Positions 41,904-42,539 of a DNA stretch of 42,539 bases are shown in pieces. The stretch's first letter is position 1. Every line of letters starts with the position of its first letter. This DNA comes from a virus. Lineage: Duplodnaviria; Caudoviricetes. The translations under genes were made by a program, and so were the position numbers. The DNA lies in IMG/VR virus record IMGVR_UViG_3300021560_000026, positions 1 through 42,539 of that record; one strand, 5' to 3'. The notes under the pieces were generated by a model, which was not told the origin of the DNA, did no database searches, and saw only the letters and a list, made by a program, of their open reading frames with translations.

Positions 41904-42539
41904 ATGGCCTTCAAGTACCGCCCAAGAAATACTACCCAATGGGACGAATCTTCTACTATAGCCTCTGATTATCAGGGCTTTCTTAAGGACGAATTCCGGT
42001 TATATACGCCACGCAAGGGTGATAATGCTATCCGCATCATGCCGCCAACCTGGGACGATGCCGACCACTTCGGACTATTGATTTATGTGCACTACCGCGT
42101 AGGTCCAACCCATGCCTCCGTTTTATGCCCATTTCGTATGAAGCAAGAACGATGCCCACTTTGCGAAGACGTTGTAGCCGCTGAACGTAGACATGACGAA
42201 GACTTAGCTAACGAACTAAAATCAACGTCTCGTATACTTATATGGATGCTTGACCGTAAAGACGAAGATCAAGGCGTAATAGCATGGGGTCTTCCCATCA
42301 CAGTCAATCGGGATATAGTAAAAGTATCAAAAGATCGTACAACTGGCGCCTATTATAACATAGATGACCCAGATCAAGGGTATGACATATACTTTGATCG
42401 CGAGGGCGATCAAATGACGACAAAGTATAATGGTGTTCAGTTAGCCCGACGTGCCACTTCTGTTGATCAAAGATACTTGGACTATATCGTTGAAAATCCC
42501 TTACCCGATATTCTGCAATGGCGCGATTACGACGAAATA
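41904..42539 (+). CDS. Single-stranded DNA-binding protein (T4 gp32-like), truncated by window edge
   Basis: Manual translation MAFKYRPR...GDNAIRIMPP...YVHY.VG.....LCP.....CPLCE...DPDQGYDI.F.R.G....TKY. Confidence 0.75.
   Translation, partial: MAFKYRPRNTTQWDESSTIASDYQGFLKDEFRLYTPRKGDNAIRIMPPTWDDADHFGLLIYVHYRVGPTHASVLCPFRMKQERCPLCEDVVAAERRHDEDLANELKSTSRILIWMLDRKDEDQGVIAWGLPITVNRDIVKVSKDRTTGAYYNIDDPDQGYDIYFDREGDQMTTKYNGVQLARRATSVDQRYLDYIVENPLPDILQWRDYDEI

Noticed and set aside
1-42539. Genome-wide stop-codon reassignment, suggested by in-frame TGA-GTG and TAG-ATG junctions
   Set aside because: Core genes are full length in the standard code and end in all three stop codons; no suppressor tRNA was seen.
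1-42539. tRNA, rRNA, integrase or transposase genes
   Set aside because: None recognised by eye. The only tyrosine-recombinase-like fold is the Topo IB. A tRNAscan run would be needed to exclude tRNAs formally.

Overview
Fragment of a tailed dsDNA phage genome, probably myovirus-like. The host is probably an alphaproteobacterium, judging from an alpha-r8/MmgR-like sRNA motif and the promoter style. Positions ~1-28.6 kb are mostly a minus-strand packaging/head operon: Gat-QueC, TerS, TerL, portal, MuF-type minor head protein, DUF2213 prohead protease, scaffold, decoration protein, DUF2184 major capsid and head-tail proteins, interrupted by two plus-strand islands. Positions ~30.7-42.5 kb are a plus-strand early/replication arm: RfaH-like factor, FolE, Dcd, DpdA-like transglycosylase, beta clamp, UDG-PolA, clamp loader, UvsY-like and gp32-like SSB. 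The most striking observation is a candidate modular virion-cargo system. Unrelated effector domains (type IB topoisomerase, two ADP-ribosyltransferase-type domains, and several small His-rich domains) each follow an x-x-D site and a short recurring tag, either D|xxW/FxExxHPR..GQF or D|AWxxEARxAALEARR. One tag has been copied recently at the DNA level (32 bp identical). NUDIX and HExxH peptidase domains ride in the same polyproteins. Other candidates are a ~320-nt structured RNA between terS and terL, a double-pseudoknot RNA behind the capsid gene, a phage-borne MmgR-like sRNA, ops-like elements paired with a phage RfaH, and a 7-deazaguanine (dG+) DNA modification pathway. All family calls come from motif recognition by eye; no database search was run.
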